Virus record (IMG/VR): IMGVR_UViG_3300014202_000110
Span: 1-38,550 of that record
Strand: one strand, 5' to 3'
DNA length: 38,550 nt
Source of the DNA: a virus
Lineage: Duplodnaviria; Caudoviricetes
Below the pieces are notes generated by a model. It ran no database searches. It had not been told where the DNA came from and saw only the letters and a program-made list of their open reading frames with translations. The translations under genes were made by a program, and so were the position numbers. Below, piece after piece: positions 8,613-17,673 of this stretch (positions within the stretch are counted from its first letter, which is position 1; every line of letters starts with the position of its first letter).

Positions 8613-9682
8613 GCAAAGTCGTTAAAAAAGTAGCCAAAGGGGTTAAAAAAGTAGCCAGCAAAGTAGTGTCTACCGTTAAATCCGTTGGCCGAAAGATTGA
8701 CCAAACCGTTCGTAAAGTTGTGCCTGGTGGATGGTTAGGCGCGGCTGCGTTAGGCGGGATTGGTTATCTAGGCTATAACGCCTTAGCGGGCGCGGGGGCA
8801 TCTACCGCAGGGGCTGGGGCGGCGACCGGCATGGCCGAGGTCGCCAAGTACGGGGCTTTGGGCGCGGGTAGTTCAGCGTGGGCTGGCAACGCGCTAATTA
8901 ACGGCGGGCTTGCGTACATGGGCATGAACGCTATGGGCCAGCCTCAATATCAGCAGATGGATCCTGGGTATTTGCAGCAATTAGCTAGCGGTGCTGGGGG
9001 TGGTTTTTCAGATTATTTACCTTACTTAGGTATGGCTGGTAATGCAGCTATAGGCGCATATTCTGCCGATAAAGCGGCAGACATTCAGGCGCAATCGGCT
9101 AGAGAAGCCCGTGATCTTCAGTACAAAATGTTTCAAGAGCAAAACCAATTGCAAGAGCCTTGGCGTCAGGCTGGCGTAAACGCGCTAAGCGAAATGCAAA
9201 CTACTAGAGGTAACATGCCAGAAGCATTTAGCGGCAAAGTAGATTTAACGCAAGATCCTGGATACGCTTTTAGATTGTCAGAGGGAATAAAAGCTATGGA
9301 TCGCGGGGCTGCGGCCCGTGGCGGTTTAATCTCAGGCAACGCGCTAAAAGCGGGTCAACGTTTTGGACAAGACCTTGCGTCGCAAGAGTATGGTAACGCT
9401 TATAACCGCGCTTTGACTGAATATGAAGCAAGAGTGCAAAGAGAAGCTACAGGCTATAACCGACTGTCTGCGTTGGCTGGCGTTGGACAAACAGCGGCTG
9501 GAAATTTATCCAACGCCGCAGCGCAATACGGCACCAACGCCGGCAATATAGGCATGATGGCTGGCAACGCCCGTGCGTCTGGCTACATGGGCGCGGCTAA
9601 CGCGCTGTCTGGCGCTTTGGGGCAAGGGCTTAATTATTATCAGAACCAACAGTTAATGAACAATATGCCGTACATGGCGTAA
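8609..9682 (+). CDS. DNA ejection protein (P22 gp7-like)
   Basis: Gly/Ala-rich; QEPWRQAG, DPGYAFRL..G, AARGGL.SG motifs. Confidence 0.7.
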   Translation: MSKVVKKVAKGVKKVASKVVSTVKSVGRKIDQTVRKVVPGGWLGAAALGGIGYLGYNALAGAGASTAGAGAATGMAEVAKYGALGAGSSAWAGNALINGGLAYMGMNAMGQPQYQQMDPGYLQQLASGAGGGFSDYLPYLGMAGNAAIGAYSADKAADIQAQSAREARDLQYKMFQEQNQLQEPWRQAGVNALSEMQTTRGNMPEAFSGKVDLTQDPGYAFRLSEGIKAMDRGAAARGGLISGNALKAGQRFGQDLASQEYGNAYNRALTEYEARVQREATGYNRLSALAGVGQTAAGNLSNAAAQYGTNAGNIGMMAGNARASGYMGAANALSGALGQGLNYYQNQQLMNNMPYMA

Positions 9683-9691
9683 GGAACTAGC

Positions 9692-10960
9692 ATGCCTTTA
9701 GACCCGAACATAGCAATGGGTTTTAAGCCCATGCAGATTGAATCGCCGATCAATCAGATGTCCAATGTGCTGCAGCTTAGAAACGCTATGCAATCTAATC
9801 AGTTAAACCAACTGAAGATGCAAGAGGCGCAGCAAGGCTTGGCTGATCGACAGGCGCTTCGCGGGTTAGACCCAACAGCGCCAGATTACGCGGCGCAACT
9901 TAGCCGCGTAGACCCCATGTTGGGGGCCAAATATAGCGAGCAAAAAACTAAGTCAAAAACGGCTGAGCTAGATTTTGCTGAAAAGCAACGCGATGTAATA
10001 AAACGCGCCGCTACGTCTGTAGTGGCTAACCCTACGCCAGACTTTGCCATTAGGGCACTTAACTATGTGCAGCAAGTTACCGGCGAAGATATGTCAGACG
10101 AAATTCAAATGGTCACGCAGATGCAATCGCCTGAGCAAATTCGTCAATGGGCTATGGGGCACGCTGCTAGTATGGATCAGCTAATCGCGCAGATGAAGCC
10201 TAAGGAAGAAAAGCCAATCACCGTTGGAAAAGGCGGCGCTATTTACGATCCAAACACTAAAAAATGGATTACACCGCCTGCTGCGGCTGGGTCTGGTGAA
10301 GTTGAGCCGCCTAAACTTAGGCCAGGCGAGCGTTGGCGCCCCGACACTCAAACGGTTGAAGCGGTGCCTGGAAGCGACATATTCAAAAAGCAAAAGTCTG
10401 ACTTTACTAAAGAGTACAAAGCCGCCACGTCTGTTATTGACAAAATGGAAGAAGGTGTTAAAAAGCTGGACAGCCTTCTTGACCCCAAAAAAGCAAAAGG
10501 GTTTAGCTACAACTTTGGCGGGTACACCGAAAAGTTTGCAGGGCAATTTTTACCTGGCGCGGCTACGGATTTTCGTAAAGAGCTTGATTCATTTAAAAGC
10601 ACGCTTAAGTCTGCCGGCTTGGAGCTTATTAGGCAAGGCGGCTCAATTGGCCAGATGACCGTGCAAGAGTGGCCTATTGTTGAGCAGATGATTGCCGCTA
10701 TATCACCTGAAATGGGGGAAGAAGCCGCTAAAGCTACAATGAACGAGATCCGCGCACGGTTTGATAGGATCGCGTCGCGTGCAAGAGAAATTTATGACCT
10801 TGAGTACGCAGATTCGCAGTTTTACACACCTATTAAAAGTGGCGGTGCGGTAAGCAGACCCGCATCGCCGGCGGGTCAGCCTATGTTTGCAGTTAACCCC
10901 CAAACCAAACAGCGAATTATGTCTACTGATGGCGGCGCTACTTGGGCGCCTGCTCAATAG
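9692..10960 (+). CDS. Putative DNA ejection protein (gp20 position)
   Basis: 422 aa helical, Gln-rich N-terminus; synteny. Confidence 0.55.
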   Translation: MPLDPNIAMGFKPMQIESPINQMSNVLQLRNAMQSNQLNQLKMQEAQQGLADRQALRGLDPTAPDYAAQLSRVDPMLGAKYSEQKTKSKTAELDFAEKQRDVIKRAATSVVANPTPDFAIRALNYVQQVTGEDMSDEIQMVTQMQSPEQIRQWAMGHAASMDQLIAQMKPKEEKPITVGKGGAIYDPNTKKWITPPAAAGSGEVEPPKLRPGERWRPDTQTVEAVPGSDIFKKQKSDFTKEYKAATSVIDKMEEGVKKLDSLLDPKKAKGFSYNFGGYTEKFAGQFLPGAATDFRKELDSFKSTLKSAGLELIRQGGSIGQMTVQEWPIVEQMIAAISPEMGEEAAKATMNEIRARFDRIASRAREIYDLEYADSQFYTPIKSGGAVSRPASPAGQPMFAVNPQTKQRIMSTDGGATWAPAQ

Positions 10961-10969
10961 GATCGGATA

Positions 10970-12640
10970 ATGCGTCTACCGCCAGGATTTGTTTTAGAAC
11001 AACCAGAGCAAAACACGGCGGTATCTTTACCGCCAGGTTTTGTGCTTGAAAGCGCGCCCGCCGCGCAGCCGCAAGATCCGTTAGCCGCGCGGCGAGCTAG
11101 AGAAGTGCCATCATTTGCCAACATTCGTCAGGCAGACGCTATGCCGACTGCTAGAGAGCCATCGGTTATGGATCGGTTAGCCGCCGTACCTGGCGCTGCT
11201 GTGTCTGCCGCTTCTTCTGTACCTGCGTTTTTAATGGGTACTGGCGCCGGTGTGTACGAAGCTGCTACTAGCCCTCAATTTGGTACGCAAGAAGCCATCC
11301 GTCAGGGCCAGCGCAAGATGGGCGAAGTAATGGATCGGTTTACTTACACGCCTAGCGCCGGTAGTCAAGCCTTGTTGCAAGACGTAGGACAAGCGATTGA
11401 ACCACTTAAGGCTGCGCCAGTAATGCCTATGGGCATGGGGGCGCCAGGATCTGTACGCGCGGGTTTGCAAGGTACTCGTGCGGCCGCAGGCGCTGAAGCT
11501 GATCTTGTAAAAAATGCTTTTAGATCCGCGGTAGAGGCTAGAAAAGCGGAAAGCATGGCCGCAAAAGCGGAAAAGTCTTTTGCCCGTGGGCCTCAGATTG
11601 ACGCGGCTAAAGACGCGCAAAGGCTAGGCATTGCGTTAGCCCCGTCAATATCTAACCCAACCAAAATGAACAAGATGTTGGCGCTTAGCACGGATCCTAC
11701 AGAGCTACACAACACTCTGTCCGAAGCTAATTTACCCAAATACGCTTCCGTAGCTAAAAAAGAGATGGGGCTATCAGACCGAGAAGCGTTAACGTCTTCA
11801 GCACCGTTTGATAAAGCACGGGCGTTAGCAGCTAAGCCATACGACAAAATCCGTGAGATAGAAGTTTTACAAAGTTCAGACGATGTAATTCAAAAGATAA
11901 AAGACGTTATCGACGAAGATTTAATTGGCGGCGTAACTAGCCAAAATCAAATTCAAGCGTTAATTGACGACGCGGTCAAAAAGATTAGCGGGGGGATAAC
12001 TGGCGCCCGCGCTATTGACAACATCAGTAACCTGCGCAAAAAGTCTCAAAAGGTCTATAACTCAAAAGCCGCTACTCCAGAACAAGTAGAAGTGGCTGAC
12101 GCCCGTATGACCATTGCTAACGCGCTGGAAGATTTAATAGAAAAGAATGTGACAGATCAAAAGTTGCTAGCAGAATTTCGTAAGGCGCGTACTCAAATGG
12201 CTAAGACCTACGCCTACGAACGCGCTACAGACTTTAATACCGGCAACATAGATATTCAAAAGTTAGCCAAATTAACATCGCAAAACGACTATTTAACCGG
12301 CGACATAGCCGCGCTTGGCCGCATAGCGGGCAATTACCCTGAAGTAACGCAAATGCGACCTGTTGTTGCTAGCCCCATAGACCGATTTACACGCGCAGGT
12401 GTGGCCGGAACTTTAGGTGCGGGTGTTGGCGGCGCCATTTTTGGTGGGCCTGGTGTAATTGGCGGCGGTGCGGCGGGGGCGTTAGCAGGCCGCGTGTTGA
12501 GCCGCAGCGCAGCTAAAAGATTAACCAGCCCAGAAAAACAAGCCTCTCGCGCCATTCCTAGAGATTACAGATCGGAACCCGATCTACGTGAATTAGCTCG
12601 TAATAAACTAGCCCCTGACAACAAAAATAATCTGAGGTAA
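10970..12640 (+). CDS. Putative DNA ejection protein (gp16 position)
   Basis: 556 aa, Ala-rich, C-terminal glycine-zipper segment; synteny. Confidence 0.55.
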   Translation: MRLPPGFVLEQPEQNTAVSLPPGFVLESAPAAQPQDPLAARRAREVPSFANIRQADAMPTAREPSVMDRLAAVPGAAVSAASSVPAFLMGTGAGVYEAATSPQFGTQEAIRQGQRKMGEVMDRFTYTPSAGSQALLQDVGQAIEPLKAAPVMPMGMGAPGSVRAGLQGTRAAAGAEADLVKNAFRSAVEARKAESMAAKAEKSFARGPQIDAAKDAQRLGIALAPSISNPTKMNKMLALSTDPTELHNTLSEANLPKYASVAKKEMGLSDREALTSSAPFDKARALAAKPYDKIREIEVLQSSDDVIQKIKDVIDEDLIGGVTSQNQIQALIDDAVKKISGGITGARAIDNISNLRKKSQKVYNSKAATPEQVEVADARMTIANALEDLIEKNVTDQKLLAEFRKARTQMAKTYAYERATDFNTGNIDIQKLAKLTSQNDYLTGDIAALGRIAGNYPEVTQMRPVVASPIDRFTRAGVAGTLGAGVGGAIFGGPGVIGGGAAGALAGRVLSRSAAKRLTSPEKQASRAIPRDYRSEPDLRELARNKLAPDNKNNLR

Positions 12641-12646
12641 CTTTAA

Positions 12647-12865
12647 ATGGATCAGATGATATTTAACCTTATCGTAGGTTTAGCCGCTTTTTTTGGTGGG
12701 TGGGTGTTAAATAACATCACCAAAGCAGTTGACCGTTTGGATAGAGACGTGCGCGACATGCCTAAAACGTACGTCACTAAGGACGACTACCATAGAGATA
12801 TAACCGAGATTAAAGAAATGCTCGGCAAGATATTCTCTAAATTGGACAGCAAAGTAGACAAGTGA
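12647..12865 (+). CDS. Small membrane-anchored coiled-coil protein of the lysis region
   Basis: 72 aa, N-terminal hydrophobic helix then coiled coil. Confidence 0.65.
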   Translation: MDQMIFNLIVGLAAFFGGWVLNNITKAVDRLDRDVRDMPKTYVTKDDYHRDITEIKEMLGKIFSKLDSKVDK

Positions 12866-13062
12866 TGCTATCGCCCGACTGGAAAGAGGTAGTCAAAAAG
12901 GCATGGTCAATACGCCTGATCCTATTGGCCGGCCTGCTGACGGGCATTGAGGCCATACTGCCGTTCTTGGGCCGCGACCTGCCGTACTTAAAGTTCATAA
13001 CGCTAGCCGTCGTCATGGCCGCCTTTGTGGCTAGAATAACGGCGCAGAAAAATCTCCCATGA
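12862..13062 (+). CDS. Putative holin
   Basis: 66 aa, two hydrophobic helices, overlaps the endolysin start. Confidence 0.65.
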   Translation: MMLSPDWKEVVKKAWSIRLILLAGLLTGIEAILPFLGRDLPYLKFITLAVVMAAFVARITAQKNLP

Positions 13063-13514
13063 ACAGGGTGCAAGTCGCCGCGCTATCGGCTTCAGCCGTG
13101 GCGTTGGTCGGCTTAGCGGTGCACGAAGGCTACAGAGAAGAAGCCTACACTCCAGTCCCAGGCGACGTTCCTACGATCGGTTTTGGCACTACCCAAGGGG
13201 TAAGGTTAGGCGACAAGACTAACCCCGTAGAGGCCTTGCAACGGGCGTTAGCAGACATGCAGAAGTTCGAGGGCGCAATTAAGCGCTGCGTAACGGTGCC
13301 GTTATTCCAACACGAGTACGACGCCTATCTGTCTCTTTCTTACAACATAGGGTCTGGTGCGTTCTGTAGCTCAACTCTTGTAAAGTTACTGAATCAAGGC
13401 CAATATAAGGCGGCCTGCGATCAGATATTGCGCTGGGATAAATTTAAGGGAAAGCCCTTACGAGGGTTAACCATTAGACGCGAAAAGGAACATAAGCAAT
13501 GCCTTGGGGGCTAA
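13059..13514 (+). CDS. SAR endolysin (GH24 lysozyme)
   Basis: Weakly hydrophobic N-terminal anchor before HEG...GDVPTIGFGTT; YNIG and GLTIRREKE motifs. Confidence 0.9.
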   Translation: MNRVQVAALSASAVALVGLAVHEGYREEAYTPVPGDVPTIGFGTTQGVRLGDKTNPVEALQRALADMQKFEGAIKRCVTVPLFQHEYDAYLSLSYNIGSGAFCSSTLVKLLNQGQYKAACDQILRWDKFKGKPLRGLTIRREKEHKQCLGG

Positions 13515-13957
13515 TCATTCGCGCGCTGCCGTATGTTGCGGTGGCGATCAGTTTGTTTTACGCAGGCTGGATAACTAACGGCTGGCGGCTTGAGGCTCGC
13601 ATAGCAAGCCTAACAGAGGCCCACGCCCAAGCCTACGCCCAGGCCACCGAGCAAGCGCGTGAGCGTGAGCAGGCGTTGCAACGGTCGGCTGATACCTTAC
13701 GGAGAGAAAAAGATGCGCGCATCAACACTATTAACAGTGCCCTTAACAGTGCTCTTGACAGCCTGCGCAACCGTTCCGAACGTGCAGATAGCGGCGCAAT
13801 GCCCGAAGCCTCCTGCCCTTGTGATGGATTACCCCCAACGCGATTGGCAAGGTCAGATGCTGAATTTCTTGTCCGATACGCCGCAGACGCCGCCAAGCTA
13901 TACGCTGCCGTCCAGCAATGTGAAACTCAATACAATGCCTTAATTGACCGCCATTAG
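13499..13957 (+). CDS. Rz: Inner-membrane spanin (Rz-like)
   Basis: N-terminal TM helix plus coiled coil, after the endolysin. Confidence 0.8.
   Translation: MPWGLIIRALPYVAVAISLFYAGWITNGWRLEARIASLTEAHAQAYAQATEQAREREQALQRSADTLRREKDARINTINSALNSALDSLRNRSERADSGAMPEASCPCDGLPPTRLARSDAEFLVRYAADAAKLYAAVQQCETQYNALIDRH
13713..13943 (+). CDS. Rz1: Outer-membrane lipoprotein spanin (Rz1-like), nested in Rz in the +1 frame
   Basis: ATG at 13713 with GGAGAG RBS; signal peptide MRASTLLTVPLTVLLTA-C (lipobox LTAC); Pro-rich mature part. Confidence 0.8.
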   Translation: MRASTLLTVPLTVLLTACATVPNVQIAAQCPKPPALVMDYPQRDWQGQMLNFLSDTPQTPPSYTLPSSNVKLNTMP

Positions 13958-14104
13958 CGATCTATAGGCCTCAATAGCCGTACGCAAGTCTGCTTTAAGC
14001 AGCTCAATCATGGCGTCTTGCGCTTTCATGCGCTCGGTCGCGTCCTGCGCAAACTTAACTAGGTTGTCCGTAGTCCAGCAAGCAAAGTCGGGCGTCTCGT
14101 TCAT
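13940..14104 (-). CDS. Hypothetical protein (54 aa, not in the ORF track)
   Basis: Manual translation MNETPDFACWTTDNLVKFAQD...; ATGA overlap with 14101-14289. Confidence 0.6.
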   Translation of the reverse strand: MNETPDFACWTTDNLVKFAQDATERMKAQDAMIELLKADLRTAIEAYRSLMAVN

Positions 14105-14289
14105 TTCGGGATCCTATAAAGTTTAGTCTTGTCGCGCTGCCGCATTTCCACAATGCCTTTAACAACATACTGGCCAAGCAGCATTTTAGCGTAGGAATAC
14201 GAGCACCCCACGGCGCGGCATAGCTGCTTGGCACTAAAATAATTTTGCCTGCGGCAGACTTCTTCCCAGACCTGATCTTCTAATGTCAT
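14101..14289 (-). CDS. Small putative winged-helix DNA-binding protein
   Basis: 62 aa; FSAKQLCRAVGCSYSYAKMLL..YVVKGIV HTH-like pattern. Confidence 0.55.
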   Translation of the reverse strand: MTLEDQVWEEVCRRQNYFSAKQLCRAVGCSYSYAKMLLGQYVVKGIVEMRQRDKTKLYRIPK

Positions 14290-14444
14290 GGCCGGCGTAG
14301 TAGCTTCTTAGCCTTCTCTGTAGCCGCCGTCCATACCGTGCCCACCCAAAACTTAAAGCGTGTCCAATCCACGGCGTCAGCGCCCGAAAGCATGATGACT
14401 GCACAAACCGCACCAAATAAAGCCGACAAAATAAAAGTGCTCAT
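14286..14444 (-). CDS. Small membrane protein (52 aa, not in the ORF track)
   Basis: Manual translation MSTFILSALFGAVCAVIML...; GGAG RBS; ATGA overlap. Confidence 0.5.
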   Translation of the reverse strand: MSTFILSALFGAVCAVIMLSGADAVDWTRFKFWVGTVWTAATEKAKKLLRRP

Positions 14445-14519
14445 TTACTGCTCCTTTTGATAATTCGATACATCAGTTCCCCGCCGAGCACAAAGCCAGC
14501 GCACATTCCCAACACAAAG

Positions 14520-14927
14520 CTAATCCACTCCATGATTCTTCCTTTTCAACTTATCTTCGATGGCCTCGATAACCGCAAGGCGCCCACCAAGATTTAATGC
14601 TTCATTTAGCCAAGCAAGTTCTTCGTGCGTAAACCCAACCCATTGCTTTGGTGCGCGGTACACGGGAAAGCAACCCTCGCCCACGTCTATGTCCCACAAG
14701 TTGTAGCTAAGATCTTCGTTGTCGTCTGAGTAGCACTTGGATAGCCACGCCACAGGCTCATGTTTACGTTTTGCCGTTTCATCGACACGTTCTTGCGATA
14801 TGTCGATAGCGTGTACATGTTCAGGCCACGCTAGTCGGTCACGCAGGGCTTTTGCTGTTGGCATTTCTCCCATGCCAAATTCAATTAAATACTCCAACGC
14901 CATCTGCATCAGTTCACGGTCTGTCAT
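14520..14927 (-). CDS. Hypothetical protein, MTDRELM / EPVAW family
   Basis: Paralogous segments shared with 15316-15711. Confidence 0.7.
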   Translation of the reverse strand: MTDRELMQMALEYLIEFGMGEMPTAKALRDRLAWPEHVHAIDISQERVDETAKRKHEPVAWLSKCYSDDNEDLSYNLWDIDVGEGCFPVYRAPKQWVGFTHEELAWLNEALNLGGRLAVIEAIEDKLKRKNHGVD

Positions 14928-15315
14928 TTCACACCTCCTTCACCCTTGTCACAAAAAGAGCACCGGCGTTTCCAAAACCACACCTTTACCTCGCCGCAGT
15001 CACAACAAACAACATTTAAAAACTTTCTTAATAGCTTCATCGCACTTCCTTCTTTGGTTTTGCAAGTTCTTTTGAGCAAAACGACATAGCCTGCCCTAGC
15101 TTTTTAACAAGAACGTCCTCAATCAAAGGAATAACGGCTTCGTGCAAATACTCTCGTATGGCCTGCTCTTGTTTTATTGTTGGTTCATATTTTTTCATTG
15201 CGGTTTTTCCTCATCTGCAAAGTCCATTTCGGGTGGGTGTGGAACATCGTCGTGCACAATCACCCCACGCTCATCGGCTTCGATAAGCCTTCCGCAAACT
15301 ACGCAGTAGTAGCCT

Positions 15316-15711
15316 TCATCCACTATTCTTCTCCTTTAGTTTGGCTTCGATGGCCCGGGCAATATCAAGCCAGCCGCCACCCTCTAAAACATCATCCATT
15401 ACCAACATCACTTCCTCATCCGTTAGCCCAACCCATTCACGCTTTGGTGGTGCGGTGTAAAGTGGTATGTAAGTCAAATCTTTCCCGCTATCTCGGTCTG
15501 CCACGCTGCAATACTTCAAGTCTGTAACAGCATGGGGTTGAGGGTCGGTTAGGTTTTCAATCCACGCCACAGGCTCCGGTTCAGGCTGCGCTAGTCGGTC
15601 ACGCAGGGCTTGGATTGCTGGTAACACAAGATCAATCTTGTTTCCGTTTGCATCTTTACAATCTATTCCCAACGCCCACAACGCCATCTCCATTAGTTCA
15701 CGGTCTGTCAT
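15316..15711 (-). CDS. Hypothetical protein, MTDRELM / EPVAW family
   Basis: ALRDRLAQPEPEPVAW, PLYTAPP, WVGLTDEE, AIEAKLKEKN. Confidence 0.75.
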   Translation of the reverse strand: MTDRELMEMALWALGIDCKDANGNKIDLVLPAIQALRDRLAQPEPEPVAWIENLTDPQPHAVTDLKYCSVADRDSGKDLTYIPLYTAPPKREWVGLTDEEVMLVMDDVLEGGGWLDIARAIEAKLKEKNSG

Positions 15712-15965
15712 TTCTCACCCCTTGCTCGGATTGCATTAACCACTCTGTCCCTGATTGAACGCTCACACCCAAGTAAAGCAATATCCGCAACAGCCGCACA
15801 CGTCTCACGCTCTGCTTTGACTGCGGCTTTGGTTTTTTCTTCAGCATCTTTTAATGCAAGTTCTTGGAGCATTTGTCCATGACGGTTCAGTTCGTGAATG
15901 TCATATAAATCAACACCATCAATGCGATATCTAGCGGGGGATTGGGGTTCTTTAAAATGAATCAT
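15708..15965 (-). CDS. Hypothetical protein (AERE..A...IRARG type)
   Basis: 85 aa, coupled to its neighbours. Confidence 0.65.
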   Translation of the reverse strand: MIHFKEPQSPARYRIDGVDLYDIHELNRHGQMLQELALKDAEEKTKAAVKAERETCAAVADIALLGCERSIRDRVVNAIRARGEK

Positions 15966-16162
15966 GTGTTCTCCTTTTTAACTCGGTATTTAATTAACGG
16001 ATTCCATCTTGGGTTGTTATGCCCACAATCTTTCCATTTATATGTACTTCGGCATAAGTATTGAATTTTTGCTCCTCTCGCCCATGCTTTAATCAGTTTT
16101 GCATGGCGTAGCGGTGTCCATTTTTTTAATTTTTCATGCTGCATCAGTTCACGGTCTGTCAT
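15962..16162 (-). CDS. Hypothetical protein
   Basis: 66 aa; MTDRELM start fused to HAKLIKAWARGAKIQ...P.W.....YRVK. Confidence 0.65.
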   Translation of the reverse strand: MTDRELMQHEKLKKWTPLRHAKLIKAWARGAKIQYLCRSTYKWKDCGHNNPRWNPLIKYRVKKENT

Positions 16163-16442
16163 TTCTCACCCCTTGCTCTTTCACCTGCCATACAAGTTCA
16201 GTAAGCAAGTCAGCAATCGAATCGCCGTGGCACGTTGCGTAGCCGTGCTTCATCATCCAGTCGGCAACCTTCTCACGCTCATCAGCCCTAACCAACTCGG
16301 CAAACTTCTCCACATCCAGCCCATCGGCAAGGTTCATGCACTCGTTGTACATCTTGATGTGCTTCATCTTGGCTTTCATATAGGCCTTGATCCGTGCTTC
16401 GTCTTCCATGTCTCTCATTCTTCCTCTCGTTTCTTTATTCAT
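16149..16442 (-). CDS. Hypothetical protein
   Basis: Likely start at 16442 (ATGA overlap with the LuxR-type gene stop). Confidence 0.6.
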   Translation of the reverse strand: MNKETRGRMRDMEDEARIKAYMKAKMKHIKMYNECMNLADGLDVEKFAELVRADEREKVADWMMKHGYATCHGDSIADLLTELVWQVKEQGVRNDRP

Positions 16443-16783
16443 TTTCCCCTCTTTGTGTACATGGCTTCCCAATCAGGCGCAGGGTGGGCGGCTTGAAAAG
16501 AAACAGCAACCACTTGTTTTCCTTTACGCAGCACCCACCCAAAAGGCTTTGGTTCCACATCCTCTGGCAACTGCTCTGGCAGTTGAATTGATTTACCGGC
16601 CAAAGAAAAAAGAGCTAACTGCGATCTATTTGCACAACCATACTTCTTTAATACCGCGCCCACATGGAGCTTAATGGTTGAATCAGACAGACCTAGTCGC
16701 TTTGCAATCTGCTTATTGGTGTACCCCTGTTGCACCCAACGCAACACCTCGGCTTGTTGTTTGGTAAGTTTGGGTTGGGTCAT
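16439..16783 (-). CDS. LuxR/GerE-type HTH transcriptional regulator
   Basis: LTKQQAEVLRWVQQGYTNKQIAKRLGLSDSTIKLHV...KYG..NR. Confidence 0.88.
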   Translation of the reverse strand: MTQPKLTKQQAEVLRWVQQGYTNKQIAKRLGLSDSTIKLHVGAVLKKYGCANRSQLALFSLAGKSIQLPEQLPEDVEPKPFGWVLRKGKQVVAVSFQAAHPAPDWEAMYTKRGK

Positions 16784-17007
16784 TCTCCATACTCCTTTTC
16801 AAGTCGTTCCTCTTCCATGCGCTCAAGCCACTCGTCTTCATCCAAGCACTCAGCATCGCAGCAGTGGCTCACCTCTTGGTAGTCGTGGTCGGAACACATG
16901 TATCCCCAGTATTCATACTTTCCAATGCCAAAATCTCTGACGACTTCTTTGCATGGCTCATGGCAGTCGCTACATATGTAGGGCAATTTAGCTGTCGTCT
17001 TTTTCAT
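16780..17007 (-). CDS. Small Cys-rich hypothetical protein
   Basis: CxxC...SHCC, acidic tail. Confidence 0.6.
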   Translation of the reverse strand: MKKTTAKLPYICSDCHEPCKEVVRDFGIGKYEYWGYMCSDHDYQEVSHCCDAECLDEDEWLERMEEERLEKEYGE

Positions 17008-17122
17008 CTATCCCTCCACGCAAGGTAAATAATTAACGCCACACAAAACACCATAAATAGCGCCACCTCGATAGCTGCCGCTTCGGCTAGCCCAGATCGC
17101 GCCCACCATACCTGCGCCTCGG

Positions 17123-17335
17123 TTATAGCCATGCTCGCTCCATATCTGCGAGCTTAGTCGCGCATGCTCGCTTGCTAACGTCTTTAAACCATTTCTTAAT
17201 AACCAAGCGCTCGGCATCTGTCTTAAACGGCCACGCCATGCGGATAGATTCTAGCGGCGGGTCTATTACCTCTTGATACTGGTACGCCTTAGTTACAATC
17301 TGGTTAACTAAAAACCAATCTGGCCCCTCGTCCAT
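17123..17335 (-). CDS. Hypothetical protein
   Basis: 70 aa, G-rich RBS. Confidence 0.55.
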   Translation of the reverse strand: MDEGPDWFLVNQIVTKAYQYQEVIDPPLESIRMAWPFKTDAERLVIKKWFKDVSKRACATKLADMERAWL

Positions 17336-17349
17336 ACGCCACCCCCTAT

Positions 17350-17541
17350 TTAAAGTGCTCTTGCCTTAGATAAAATTTCTATTCGTTCTCTGGTAGACCT
17401 AAGCGCGCAATAACGCTGGTGCAGGCGCTCCAATATAGACACCCGCTTTAGGTTGTCTAGCTCATGGTTTAGCGCGCTTAGCACCTCATTTTCGGTCATA
17501 CCGGCTAAGTTATCGTTTAGCTTTCGCCACGTAGTTTTCAA
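17350..17541 (-). CDS. Hypothetical protein
   Basis: 63 aa; RLHQRY..LR..RER motif; GGAGA RBS. Confidence 0.65.
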   Translation of the reverse strand: MKTTWRKLNDNLAGMTENEVLSALNHELDNLKRVSILERLHQRYCALRSTRERIEILSKARAL

Positions 17542-17673
17542 TGCGTTTCTCCAAATTTATAATGCGGTCTGACACGCGCTCGTATGCCTTGCGCGATGAG
17601 TTAAAAGTTCTGTGACGTATTCTTAATTCTTTTTTAGCTATTTGTAGCTTTAGCTTAAGATTTACTAACTGTT

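Noticed and set aside
13659-13712. Upstream GTG start for Rz1
   Set aside because: ATG 13713 has an RBS and gives a correctly sized signal peptide.
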